A DNA stretch of 56,180 nt from Asaia bogorensis (GCA_945897335.1 CAMDFP010000002.1:1-56180), one strand, 5' to 3'. Counted from the first letter of the stretch, positions 1 through 8,211 are shown. The notes: generated from the sequence alone by a model not told the origin. Translations and numbers: made by a program.

Positions 1-2
1 AA

Positions 3-134
3 GCTCGGCATCTCATCGAAAATTTCTTCTGCAAGCTCAAGCAGTTCCGAGCCATCGCCACGCGCTACGACAAACGTGCCAGAAACTTCCTCGCCGCAAT
101 CTATCTGGCCTCGATCGCCATTTGGCTTAATTGA
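3..134 (+). mobile_element. 3' end of an IS5-family DDE transposase gene (5' part lies outside the window)
   Basis: Frame +3 reads ARHLIENFFCKLKQFRAIATRYDKRARNFLAAIYLASIAIWLN followed by TGA (132-134). The F(R/K)xIATRYDK...WL tail is the conserved C-terminus of IS5-family transposases. It is absent from the ORF track because there is no start codon in the window. The IS terminal repeat probably lies just downstream (about 135-160) but was not identified. Confidence 0.75.
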
Positions 135-203
135 GGACACGCCCTAGCCAATGATGCCCTTTCTCGTCCCTTCTCAACCGTTGGCGGTAGCCGGCGGGAA
201 AGT

Positions 204-1634
204 GTGATTTCCGTGTCGCCAACGCCCATGCCGATCCGGCCGGATGCGCTCGGCAGTCCCGCCTTTCTGGCCTGTCACGGCGTGCGGCTGGCCTATGCCG
301 CGGGCGGCATGGTCAAGGCCATCGCCTCGGCCCCCATGGTGGAACGCCTGGCCAGGACCGGGTTGCTGGGCTTTCTCGGCACCGGCGGCGTGGCGGCGGC
401 GCAGATCGCCGACGACGTCGCCGGCCTGGCACGGACGCTCGGACCGGATTTGCCGTGGGGCGTCAATTTCCTGCACAACTTCGTGCTACCCGAGGCCGAG
501 GAGCGGGTGCTCGACATCCTGCTCGCCCACGACGTCCGGCGCCTCGAGGCCTCGGCCTTCATCGTGCCGACGCCGGCCTTGGTGCGCTATCGGCTGACCG
601 GCCTCGCCACCGGACCGGACGGCGCGCCGACCGCGCGCCATCTCATCATGGCCAAGGTGTCGCGCCCGGAGGTGGCGCGGCGATTTCTGGCACCGGCCGA
701 ACCGGAGATCGTCCGGGCCCTGCTCGCCCGCGGCCAGGTGACGGCGGAGCAGGCTGCGCTGGCTGCCCGCATCCCGCTCGCCGACGACCTCTGCATCGAA
801 GCGGATTCAGGTGGCCACACGGACAAGCAGGTGTCGCTGGCATTGCTGCCCAGCATGCTACGCCTACGCACCGAGATCGCGCGCGGCTTCCCGCCGGCCG
901 GGGGCGTGCGGATCGGCGCCGCCGGCGGCATCGGCGCGCCAGAGGCGGTGGCCGCCGCCTTCGTGCTCGGTGCTGACTTCGTGCTCACCGGCTCGGTCAA
1001 CCAGTGCACGGTCGAGGCGGCGACCAGCGACCTTGCCAAGGACATGCTGGCGGCAGCCGGCCCGCAGGATTTCGACATGGCGCCGGCAGGCGACATGTTC
1101 GAGATCGGTGCCCGCGTCCAGGTGCTCAAGCGCGGCACGCTGTTCGCCGCCCGCGCCAATCGCCTCTACGAGCTGTACAGGACGCACCGATCGCTTGACG
1201 ACATCGCGCCGGCGGTGCTGCGCGAGATCGAGGAACGCTATTTCGGCCGCAGCGTCGCCGAGGTCTGGGCGGAGACGGCGGGCCACTATGCGGCGGCGGC
1301 ACCGGGAGAACTGACCGAAGCCGAGGCCAACCCGCACAAGAAGCTGGCGATGGTCTTTCGTTGGTACTTCATCCACACCGCGCGGCTTGCGCTCGACGGC
1401 ACGATCGCGGCGCGCAGCAATTTCCAGATCCACGCCGGCCCGGCGATGGCGGCATGCAACGCGTGGCTGGCCGGAACCGCATTGGCGGACTGGCGCCGCC
1501 GTCACGTCGACGATCTCGGCATCCGGCTGATGACCGAGGCCGCGGGCCATCTGGAGCGGCAGTTCTCCGCCTGGACCCAGGCGTCAGCCGAAGCGCGGCC
1601 ACGCCCTGTTTCTCGAACGGGAACCGACCGATGA
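204..1634 (+). CDS. PfaD-family trans-acting enoyl reductase (FMN-dependent, nitronate-monooxygenase-like; PksE-ER/PfaD type)
   Basis: 476-aa ORF. LGSPAFLACHGVRLAYAAGGMVKAIASAPMVERLARTGLLGFLGTGG, CIEADSGGHTD, GAAGGIGAPEAV and GSVNQCTVEA are typical of the PfaD/trans-ER family found with AT-less PKSs and PUFA synthases. The start is uncertain (GTG 204 or ATG 228). The stop overlaps the next start (ATGA 1631-1634). Confidence 0.85.
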   Translation: MISVSPTPMPIRPDALGSPAFLACHGVRLAYAAGGMVKAIASAPMVERLARTGLLGFLGTGGVAAAQIADDVAGLARTLGPDLPWGVNFLHNFVLPEAEERVLDILLAHDVRRLEASAFIVPTPALVRYRLTGLATGPDGAPTARHLIMAKVSRPEVARRFLAPAEPEIVRALLARGQVTAEQAALAARIPLADDLCIEADSGGHTDKQVSLALLPSMLRLRTEIARGFPPAGGVRIGAAGGIGAPEAVAAAFVLGADFVLTGSVNQCTVEAATSDLAKDMLAAAGPQDFDMAPAGDMFEIGARVQVLKRGTLFAARANRLYELYRTHRSLDDIAPAVLREIEERYFGRSVAEVWAETAGHYAAAAPGELTEAEANPHKKLAMVFRWYFIHTARLALDGTIAARSNFQIHAGPAMAACNAWLAGTALADWRRRHVDDLGIRLMTEAAGHLERQFSAWTQASAEARPRPVSRTGTDR

Positions 1635-2953
1635 ACCATGGCTTGCCGCCAGGCCCAACCTTCGCGCTGGCGTCCCGATTGAACTACGTCAGGAACCCCT
1701 ACGAGCTGTTCGCCGAGTGCCGGCGGAAATACGGCGATCCGTTCACCGTGACGACCTCGATGAAGACGGTGATCACCGGCGATCCCGCCGCGGTGAAGCA
1801 GATCTTCACCGCACCGACCGAGCATTTCAAAGCGCTGCAGAGCGAGGCGCAAAGACGCGTGATCGGCGACTCCTTCACCTCGATGTCCGGGCCGCCGCAC
1901 CGGGCGCAGCGCGAGATCGTTACGCCGGGACTGAGAGCCGATGGACTGCGCAGCCTGGCGCCGATGATGGTCGACGCCGTGGTGGCGCAGATGGAGAGCT
2001 GGCATCCCGGACGCACGCTCGACATGGTCGAGGAGGGCGTGACCATCGCGCTGGAGATCATCGTCAGGACCATCTTCAGCGTCGAGGATCCCGCCGCCAT
2101 CGCCGAGCGGCGCACCGCGATCCGTGATTTCGGCGACCGGCTGAGCAACAAGACCTTCCTGATCCTCTCGGTGCTCGGGTTCCTCAACGAAAGCCTGCCG
2201 CCGAACGCAAGGTTCCGCGCCGCCCAGATGCGCCTGAGGCAGCTTCTCCACGAGACCATCGACCAGATCCGCGCCGCCCCGGAGCAACGGCGCGGCCTGC
2301 TCTCCCGCATCGTCGGCACGCGGACCCCGGACGGCGCGCCGGCGATGGCGGATTCGGTGATCGTCGACAACATGGTCACCATGCTGATCGCGGGCCACGA
2401 GACCTCGGCGATGTCGATCGGCTGGGCCATGTTCTGGGCGCATTCCAATCCCGAGATCTACCGGAAGCTCATGGAGGAGCTGGCCGATGTCGACGTCGAG
2501 GGCGACCCGAACGCGACCCAGACGCTGCCCTATCTGAACGCCTTCGTGCGCGAGATGATGCGTTTCTTCCCGCCGGTTCCGGACATCATCCGTGTCATCG
2601 GCGAGACGCCGCTCGAGGTGAAGGGCTACCGGCTGACCGAGAACACGCAGGTCGCGGCCTGCGTGTTCCTCACGCATTTCGATCCCGCCATCTACCCGGA
2701 GCCGGACGTGTTCCGCCCGGAGCGCCACCTCGAGCGACGCTACTCCGCCTTCGAATACTATCCGTTCGGCGGCGGCGAGCGGATCTGCGTCGGCAACACC
2801 TTTGCTCCGATCGAGATCAAGATCGCGCTCGCCGTGCTGCTGAAGCGCGGCCGCTTCACGCTGCTCAACACGAAGCGGCCCCACGTCGCCCGCACGCGCT
2901 TCCTGATGGGCCCGAAGGAGCCGATCATGTGCCGCTATGAGGGGCCGTTGTGA
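1631..2953 (+). CDS. Cytochrome P450 monooxygenase (copy 1)
   Basis: Starts MNHGLPPGPTF at ATG 1631; the 1361 start in the track is an upstream extension inside the ER gene. I-helix LIAGHETSA, ExxR (FVREMMRFFPP) and heme loop FGGGERICVGNTFA with the Cys codon at 2786-2788. Confidence 0.9.
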   Translation: MNHGLPPGPTFALASRLNYVRNPYELFAECRRKYGDPFTVTTSMKTVITGDPAAVKQIFTAPTEHFKALQSEAQRRVIGDSFTSMSGPPHRAQREIVTPGLRADGLRSLAPMMVDAVVAQMESWHPGRTLDMVEEGVTIALEIIVRTIFSVEDPAAIAERRTAIRDFGDRLSNKTFLILSVLGFLNESLPPNARFRAAQMRLRQLLHETIDQIRAAPEQRRGLLSRIVGTRTPDGAPAMADSVIVDNMVTMLIAGHETSAMSIGWAMFWAHSNPEIYRKLMEELADVDVEGDPNATQTLPYLNAFVREMMRFFPPVPDIIRVIGETPLEVKGYRLTENTQVAACVFLTHFDPAIYPEPDVFRPERHLERRYSAFEYYPFGGGERICVGNTFAPIEIKIALAVLLKRGRFTLLNTKRPHVARTRFLMGPKEPIMCRYEGPL

Positions 2954-2963
2954 CGGCCGGCGC

Positions 2964-4289
2964 ATGAGCCGCGCCGCGACCCTGCCGCCGGGCCCGCGCG
3001 GCACCCTCGCCTCGCTGGCGCGCTTCGCGCGAGATCCCGTCGCCACCCATGCCGATTGGGCGGCACGCTACGGCGACCCGTTCACGCAGCCGATGCCGGG
3101 CTTCCCCATGGTCGTAACCGGCCGACCCGATGTCATACGCCGGGTGCTGACGCTGCCGCCGGAGGCCTTCGGCGTCATCGATGCCGGCACCGAAGTGATG
3201 GGGCGCTTCTCTCTGATCCGCCTCGATGGCGCCCAGCACCAGGCGGTGCGCCGACAGGTCGGCCCGCTGGTGATGGACCCATTGCGCCACGGCAACGGCC
3301 AGGCGATCCAGGAGATCGCCCGGCGCCACTTCGCCGCTGCTGCCGGACAGCCGTCCGCGCCGGCGATCGGGCTGACCAAGCGGCTGACCCTGGAGGTCAT
3401 CCTGCGCAGCGTGCTCGCTTTGGCGGACGCCGCCACCCTGGACCGCTTCGCCGCCGCGTATGGCGCCTTGCAGTCGAAAGCGAGCTTCCTGCTGCATTTC
3501 GTGCCGGCGCTGCAGATCGATCTCGGGCCGTGGAGTCCGTGGGGCCGCATCAAGCGGGCGCGACAGCAGGTCGACACGATCATCGCCGCAGCGATCGAGG
3601 CCGCCGGGGCCGCGACGGACCCGTCCGGCCCGCTTGCTCCGATCGCCCGGGCCGCGGCCGAGGCATCCGACCCGGTTCTCGGCATCGAGTCTCTCCGCCA
3701 CCAGGTGTTCACCCTGCTGTCGGCCGGCCATGCCTCGACGGCGCAGGCGCTCGCCTGGGCGGTGCATCATGGCTGGAGCGACGGCACCATCCTGGCGCGG
3801 CTGCGGGCCGAGCTGGATCCGATGACACCGAACTTGGACCCGGGTCAGGTGATCCGCCTCCCCTATCTCGATGCCTTCTGCCGCGAGGTGCTTCGCCTCC
3901 GTCCGATCGGCCCGATGATCGGGCGCAAGCTGAACCAGCCGATCGAGATCGGCGGATGGTCGCTTCCGGCCGGGACCGTGATCGGCCTCTCCGTCTCCCT
4001 GGCGCACCGCGCTCCGACGGGATTCGCGAAACCCGACACCTTCCGGCCCGAGCGCTTCCTCGAAGGCCGCGAAGCCCAGGCCCACGCCATCCCGTTCGGC
4101 GGCGGCGTGCGCCACTGCCTCGGCGCCAACCTGGCTCTCACCGTGATGAAGCTGGCCCTGGCCGAGCTGATCGCCGGTTACGACGTGACCCTGCTCGACC
4201 GCCGCCCGCCCCAGCATCGCCTGATCGACGCCGTAGCCGGCCCGGCCGGCGGCGTGATGGCACGCATCACGCCGCGGAAAGCCGCTTAA
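2964..4289 (+). CDS. Cytochrome P450 monooxygenase (copy 2, atypical I-helix)
   Basis: Starts MSRAATLPPGPRG at ATG 2964 (alternative ATG 2937). ExxR (FCREVLRLRP) and heme loop FGGGVRHCLGANLA with the Cys codon at 4116-4118. The I-helix reads SAGHASTAQ, so the usual acid-alcohol pair (E/D-T) is Ala-Ser (3732-3737). Confidence 0.88.
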   Translation: MSRAATLPPGPRGTLASLARFARDPVATHADWAARYGDPFTQPMPGFPMVVTGRPDVIRRVLTLPPEAFGVIDAGTEVMGRFSLIRLDGAQHQAVRRQVGPLVMDPLRHGNGQAIQEIARRHFAAAAGQPSAPAIGLTKRLTLEVILRSVLALADAATLDRFAAAYGALQSKASFLLHFVPALQIDLGPWSPWGRIKRARQQVDTIIAAAIEAAGAATDPSGPLAPIARAAAEASDPVLGIESLRHQVFTLLSAGHASTAQALAWAVHHGWSDGTILARLRAELDPMTPNLDPGQVIRLPYLDAFCREVLRLRPIGPMIGRKLNQPIEIGGWSLPAGTVIGLSVSLAHRAPTGFAKPDTFRPERFLEGREAQAHAIPFGGGVRHCLGANLALTVMKLALAELIAGYDVTLLDRRPPQHRLIDAVAGPAGGVMARITPRKAA

Positions 4290-5110
4290 GCCTCCATCGG
4301 CAGGATTCGGCGGAGGCCGTAGTCGACCGCTCGTGTCCGCGCCGCCCTCTCGCGCGGATAGCCCAGCGACACTTCCTGGAACCGCACGCCGTCATAGGTC
4401 TCGCTCACCGGGATGTGCAGATGGCCATAGACGGCACACACCGCCCGATAGCGTCGATGCCAGTCCGCCGTATGGCGAGTGCCGCACCAGAGGCTGAATT
4501 CCTGATACCACAGGCGGCCGACCGGGCTGGGATGCAAGGGCCAGTGCGAGATCAGGACGGTCCGCGTTCCATCCGGCAAGGCGACCAGGCGGCCAACGCT
4601 GTAGTCGAGGCGCGCCGCGCACCAGGACTCCCGGTTGGGATAGGGATCAGCGGGCAGCAACGTCTCGTCGCTGCACATCACCCGCGAGACGGCCATGGCC
4701 TGGTCCTTCGTCAACCCTTCCGGCCGCATCGTGTAATCGTAGAGAAGGAACAACGGCGCGACGGCGATGTCTCCCGCCGGGTCCCGCCACAGCGGATAGG
4801 GATCTTCCGGGGTCAGCACGTCGATCTCGCGGCAACGTTCGACCAGGTGCAGATACCGGTCCTGGCCGCGTCGCTCGCTCTCTCCCGTGTGCCAGAGGTC
4901 GTGATTGCCCGGCGCGAACATCACCTTGGCGAAGCGGTCCCGCATCCGGCCGAGGAAGCCGATGATGTCGTCCTGCCGATGCGCGACATCGCCGGCAACA
5001 GCCAGCCAATCTTCCGGGCCGTCGGGCTGGAACGCGTCGGCGATCTCGCGATTCTCACGGTAGTTCAGATGCACGTCGCTGATGGCGAAAAGCCTGGGAC
5101 CGAACTCCAC
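4286..5110 (-). CDS. Calcineurin-like metallophosphoesterase
   Basis: 274 aa with a GTG start at 5110. All metallophosphoesterase motifs are present: SDVH (DxH), AGDV (GD), GNHDLW (GNHD/E), SHWP (H) and GHLHIP (GHxH). It is the last gene of the minus-strand operon. Confidence 0.85.
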   Translation of the reverse strand: MEFGPRLFAISDVHLNYRENREIADAFQPDGPEDWLAVAGDVAHRQDDIIGFLGRMRDRFAKVMFAPGNHDLWHTGESERRGQDRYLHLVERCREIDVLTPEDPYPLWRDPAGDIAVAPLFLLYDYTMRPEGLTKDQAMAVSRVMCSDETLLPADPYPNRESWCAARLDYSVGRLVALPDGTRTVLISHWPLHPSPVGRLWYQEFSLWCGTRHTADWHRRYRAVCAVYGHLHIPVSETYDGVRFQEVSLGYPRERAARTRAVDYGLRRILPMEA

Positions 5111-5118
5111 GTTTTGCG

Positions 5119-5123
5119 TCTCC
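5119..5123 (-). promoter_or_regulatory. Shine-Dalgarno-like site for the metallophosphoesterase gene
   Basis: The minus strand reads GGAGAC-gcaaaac-GTG, so GGAGA sits about 7-8 nt upstream of the GTG at 5110. Confidence 0.5.
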
Positions 5124-5135
5124 GATCGTTCGCCG

Positions 5136-5369
5136 TCAATCCTCCAGGTGCCCTTTCAGCAGAGCCAGAAGATCGCCAACCGTCCTCACCTTTTCCATGG
5201 CGACGCCGCTCAGCTTCACGCCCCAGGTATCGGCGACCGCGCCGCGGAACTCGGAGCTGGCCAGCGAATCCCACTCGCCCAGTCCGATCAGGACCTGATC
5301 GTCCGTCGTCGTGCCCGGCTCGAGGCGCGCCAGGTCTTCGACGATGGCCAGGATCTCTTTGCGTTTCAT
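5136..5369 (-). CDS. Free-standing acyl carrier protein
   Basis: 77 aa. The phosphopantetheine attachment motif is GLGEWDSLASSEF (DSL). Size and helix pattern fit a discrete carrier protein. Confidence 0.85.
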   Translation of the reverse strand: MKRKEILAIVEDLARLEPGTTTDDQVLIGLGEWDSLASSEFRGAVADTWGVKLSGVAMEKVRTVGDLLALLKGHLED

Positions 5370-5375
5370 TGTCCG

Positions 5376-5381
5376 CTCCCC
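5376..5381 (-). promoter_or_regulatory. Shine-Dalgarno-like site for the free-standing ACP gene
   Basis: The minus strand reads TGA-GGGGAG-cggaca-ATG, in the 12-nt gap between the C-domain stop (5382) and the ACP start (5369). Confidence 0.55.
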
Positions 5382-6713
5382 TCAGATCTCGATGCCGTCG
5401 GCAATCGCCGCAAGAAAGCGCTCAACGTCAACGGCGGGATAATCGTCGATGTAGTACGACATCGTCAGCGTCACGGCCCGGCCATACTCAGATGCAACCA
5501 CCAGCACCAAAGGCAGGGACAGCGGCATCGCGCAGAGCGTCACGGCGCTCGGGGACGATTCCGCGAAGCGGACGCGCCGCTCCGAGACATGCCCGACATT
5601 GGTGAAAGTCGGCGGGGCCGGTTTGTTCAACCCCTTTTCCATCAGGCGATCGAGAGTCCGGCGCTTGCGCGCATAGGTCATCGCAGAAAACATCTTGGCG
5701 GCGAACGGATTGGCCGCCCCCATGAAGGATCCGCGATGACGCGCCATCTCGCGCGAGACGCGGTCGAGCGTGTCGCTGAAGCGCTCGCCGAGGTCCGGCT
5801 CGACATAGACATTGGCGATGCCGCCGAGATTGCAGATCGCCGGCCGACTCTCCACCTCCGCATAGCGGCGCATGTTGATCGGCATGACGATTTGCAACGG
5901 CCGGCCCGGGTCGCCGCGACAGAACGCCATGAAGGCCCGCGCATATCCGGCGAGCAGCATGTCGTTGCGCGACAGCCCGCGTATCTTGGCGGCGGCATCG
6001 ATCTCAGCTAGACGTTCGGCCGGAATCTGCACTCTGGCGAGGGCCGGGCGCGTGCGCGCCGCTGCGGCGAATGCAGAACGACTCCGCAGGAAGCCTTCGT
6101 GACGGCGCAGCATGCGCGGCAACTCGCCGAGGTCACGCAACAGCACCTTAAGCTTGTCCTTCAGGCTGAAATCGGCAAGCCAGCGGAAGCTGTCGCGCGA
6201 GGCAGTGTTGGTCGGCAGCCGAAAATCCGGGTCCGCGGCAATGCCGCTGTACAACGCCGCGAAACGCTCCAACGCCAGGATCAGGGCGCCGCCGTCCGCC
6301 ACGACATGGGAAACTCCCAGGATCAGCCGGTCGCCGCCGCGATGGCGCAACAGTTGCACCGTCACGTTGCGGCTGCGCATGGCGTCGAACGCCGCACCGA
6401 CCATCTTCGTGGTTTCGCCCTCGACGTCCTCGACATCGTCGAGCATGACGAAGCCTGGAACGTCATCGAGGTCGTCGCGGCGACGCCACACCGGCACCGC
6501 GCCGCTGTCGTCGAATCGGCAGCCGAGCACGGGCTCGGCATCGAGTAATCGCCGTGTCGCCTGCCGGACGACGCTCGCGTCCAGGGGTGAGACGAAGTCG
6601 AGTACCATGTAGACATAGCTGGTGGTGTCGTAGCTGGCGAAGATCTGCACCATCTGGTCCTGGAACTCGGCGGCGATGGTGTCGGGTTCTGTGGCCGTCA
6701 TCGATTGCCCCAT
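5382..6713 (-). CDS. Stand-alone condensation-domain-like acyltransferase (HxxxDG family: NRPS C / PapA5 / WS-DGAT type)
   Basis: 443 aa. The catalytic motif SHVVADGGAL has His at 6306-6308 and Asp at 6294-6296, at the position expected for HHxxxDG about 135 aa from the N-terminus. No A, T or other domains are present. An alternative start at ATG 6701 would form an ATGA overlap with the ECH2 stop. Confidence 0.75.
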   Translation of the reverse strand: MGQSMTATEPDTIAAEFQDQMVQIFASYDTTSYVYMVLDFVSPLDASVVRQATRRLLDAEPVLGCRFDDSGAVPVWRRRDDLDDVPGFVMLDDVEDVEGETTKMVGAAFDAMRSRNVTVQLLRHRGGDRLILGVSHVVADGGALILALERFAALYSGIAADPDFRLPTNTASRDSFRWLADFSLKDKLKVLLRDLGELPRMLRRHEGFLRSRSAFAAAARTRPALARVQIPAERLAEIDAAAKIRGLSRNDMLLAGYARAFMAFCRGDPGRPLQIVMPINMRRYAEVESRPAICNLGGIANVYVEPDLGERFSDTLDRVSREMARHRGSFMGAANPFAAKMFSAMTYARKRRTLDRLMEKGLNKPAPPTFTNVGHVSERRVRFAESSPSAVTLCAMPLSLPLVLVVASEYGRAVTLTMSYYIDDYPAVDVERFLAAIADGIEI

Positions 6714-7447
6714 CGGTCGCGGATGCGTGCCTGCACATCGGCATCTGCGAAGGTCACATCATGCATCGCCGCCTCGGCTTCGACCGCGGCCGGCAGCCGC
6801 TCCTTCAGCCCGCGAGTCAGCTGCGCCTTCAACAGCCGCAACGCCGCCGCCGGCTTGTCGGCCAGCTCCCGAGCGAGTCCGAGGGCCGCATCGACCACAC
6901 CGTCGCGCGGCACCACCGGGAAGGGCAGCCCGCGCTTCTCCAGCGCGCCGCCGTGATAGCTCCTGGCGCTCATCAGCATCTCCGATGCCAGCGCCGGCCC
7001 GAGCTTCTCCGGCAATAGCAGCGTCGAGCCCATTCCAGGAGTGAAACCGTACTTCATGAAGTTGGCGGAATAGAGCGCCTCGCGAGCCAGAACCACCATA
7101 TCAGCGTAGAGCCCGAACACCAGCCCGCCGCCCAGTGCGTGCCCCTGCATGGCGCTGATCACCGGCACCGGGCAGTCCAGCAACAGGCGATAGAAGCCCG
7201 CCTCGTCGAAGCGCGTGCGGCGTTCGGCGATTCCGATCAATTCTTCGATCGTGCCGCCGGCCAGGAAGATGCTGTCGAAGCCGTGCAGAACCACGGCGCG
7301 GGCCTCGGCGTCGGCGGCGATCTCAGCCATGGCATCGAACAGGCCGCCGACGAGCGCGCGCGTGAAGGTATTGCGGCCTTCGCGGTCCTCCATGGCCACG
7401 ACCCAGATGCCGTCGGCCTGTCGCGTGCGTCTTACGACTTCCGCCAC
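6698..7447 (-). CDS. Enoyl-CoA hydratase/isomerase-family decarboxylase (ECH2, PksI/CurF-ECH2-like) of the beta-branching cassette
   Basis: The crotonase fold begins at VVRRTRQADGIWVVAMEDREGRNTF... and contains MQGHALGGGLVFGLYAD. A GTG at 7447 is preceded by GGGAGGAGGG. The 383-aa ORF in the track (to 7849) is an upstream extension running through the ECH1 gene. Confidence 0.85.
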   Translation of the reverse strand: MAEVVRRTRQADGIWVVAMEDREGRNTFTRALVGGLFDAMAEIAADAEARAVVLHGFDSIFLAGGTIEELIGIAERRTRFDEAGFYRLLLDCPVPVISAMQGHALGGGLVFGLYADMVVLAREALYSANFMKYGFTPGMGSTLLLPEKLGPALASEMLMSARSYHGGALEKRGLPFPVVPRDGVVDAALGLARELADKPAAALRLLKAQLTRGLKERLPAAVEAEAAMHDVTFADADVQARIRDRWGNR

Positions 7448-8211
7448 GGCAACCCTCCTCCCTCGAGGAAGCGGCGGATACCTGTCATCACGCCTGGATC
7501 GGCGATGCGGGCGCAGATGAGATCGAGCGCACGTCGTTCCATCCCGGCATCGATCGGCGCCAGGTCGCGGAAATAGGCCTTGGCCGCAGCCACCGCACCG
7601 GGATCCATGCGATCGACCTTGATCAGCACGCGGCGAAGCGCGTCGTCCAGGTCCGGGGCAACCTCGTCGACCAAGCCGATCGCGCGCGCCTCGGTGGCGT
7701 CGATGCGCTGGGCGGTCAGCGTCAGCCGCCACGCCGCCTGCCAGCCGGTACGACGGACCAGGAAGGGCGCGATCGTCGCCGGCACCAGACCGAACAGCAG
7801 CTCGGTCAGGATGAAGCCGGTGCGCGGGGAGGCGAAGACCAGATCGCACGCCGCCGCCAGGCCGAGACCGCCGGCGCTGACCCGGCCGTCGACCGCGGCG
7901 ATGACCGTCTTGTCCACCTGTCCGAGCCGCATCAGCAACCGCCAGAACGGTGCGATGCGATCCTCGAGGTCGCCCGGCGTCGAAACCTCGGTGGCCGTCG
8001 CCTCGGCGAAATCCATGCCGTCGCAGAACACGCCGTCGCGACCGCGGATCACCAGGACGCGCAGGCCGTCATCCGCTTCCAGCGTGTCCAGCGCGTCGTT
8101 GAGCGCGACGATGAGCGCCGCGTTCAGCGTGTTGCCGGCGGCGGGACGCGCCAGCTCGGCGGTCAGCAGCGAGCCGCGGCGCGACAGGATGACGGGCGGG
8201 TTCAGCTCCAT
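7432..8211 (-). CDS. Enoyl-CoA hydratase-family dehydratase (ECH1, PksH/CurE-like) of the beta-branching cassette
   Basis: 259 aa. Crotonase-family sequence (LRVLVIRGRDGVFCDGMDF, AAVDGRVSAGGLGLAAACD), positioned between the HCS and ECH2 genes as in known HCS cassettes. Confidence 0.85.
   Translation of the reverse strand: MELNPPVILSRRGSLLTAELARPAAGNTLNAALIVALNDALDTLEADDGLRVLVIRGRDGVFCDGMDFAEATATEVSTPGDLEDRIAPFWRLLMRLGQVDKTVIAAVDGRVSAGGLGLAAACDLVFASPRTGFILTELLFGLVPATIAPFLVRRTGWQAAWRLTLTAQRIDATEARAIGLVDEVAPDLDDALRRVLIKVDRMDPGAVAAAKAYFRDLAPIDAGMERRALDLICARIADPGVMTGIRRFLEGGGLPWRKS
7453..7462 (-). promoter_or_regulatory. Strong Shine-Dalgarno site for ECH2 (inside the 3' end of ECH1)
   Basis: The minus strand reads GGGAGGAGGG-ttgcc-GTG(7447). 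Confidence 0.6.

Noticed and set aside
135-203. Promoter or riboswitch-like element between the IS fragment and the ER gene.
   Set aside because: No convincing -35/-10 pair, hairpin or conserved leader could be recognised by eye, so it is not reported as a feature.
7448-7849. N-terminal 134-codon extension of the ECH2 ORF (the track gives 6698-7849, 383 aa).
   Set aside because: The extension runs through the ECH1 coding region in another frame and is Arg/Pro-rich nonsense. Crotonase homology starts only at VVRRTRQADGIWVV, and a GTG with a GGGAGGAGGG SD lies at 7447.
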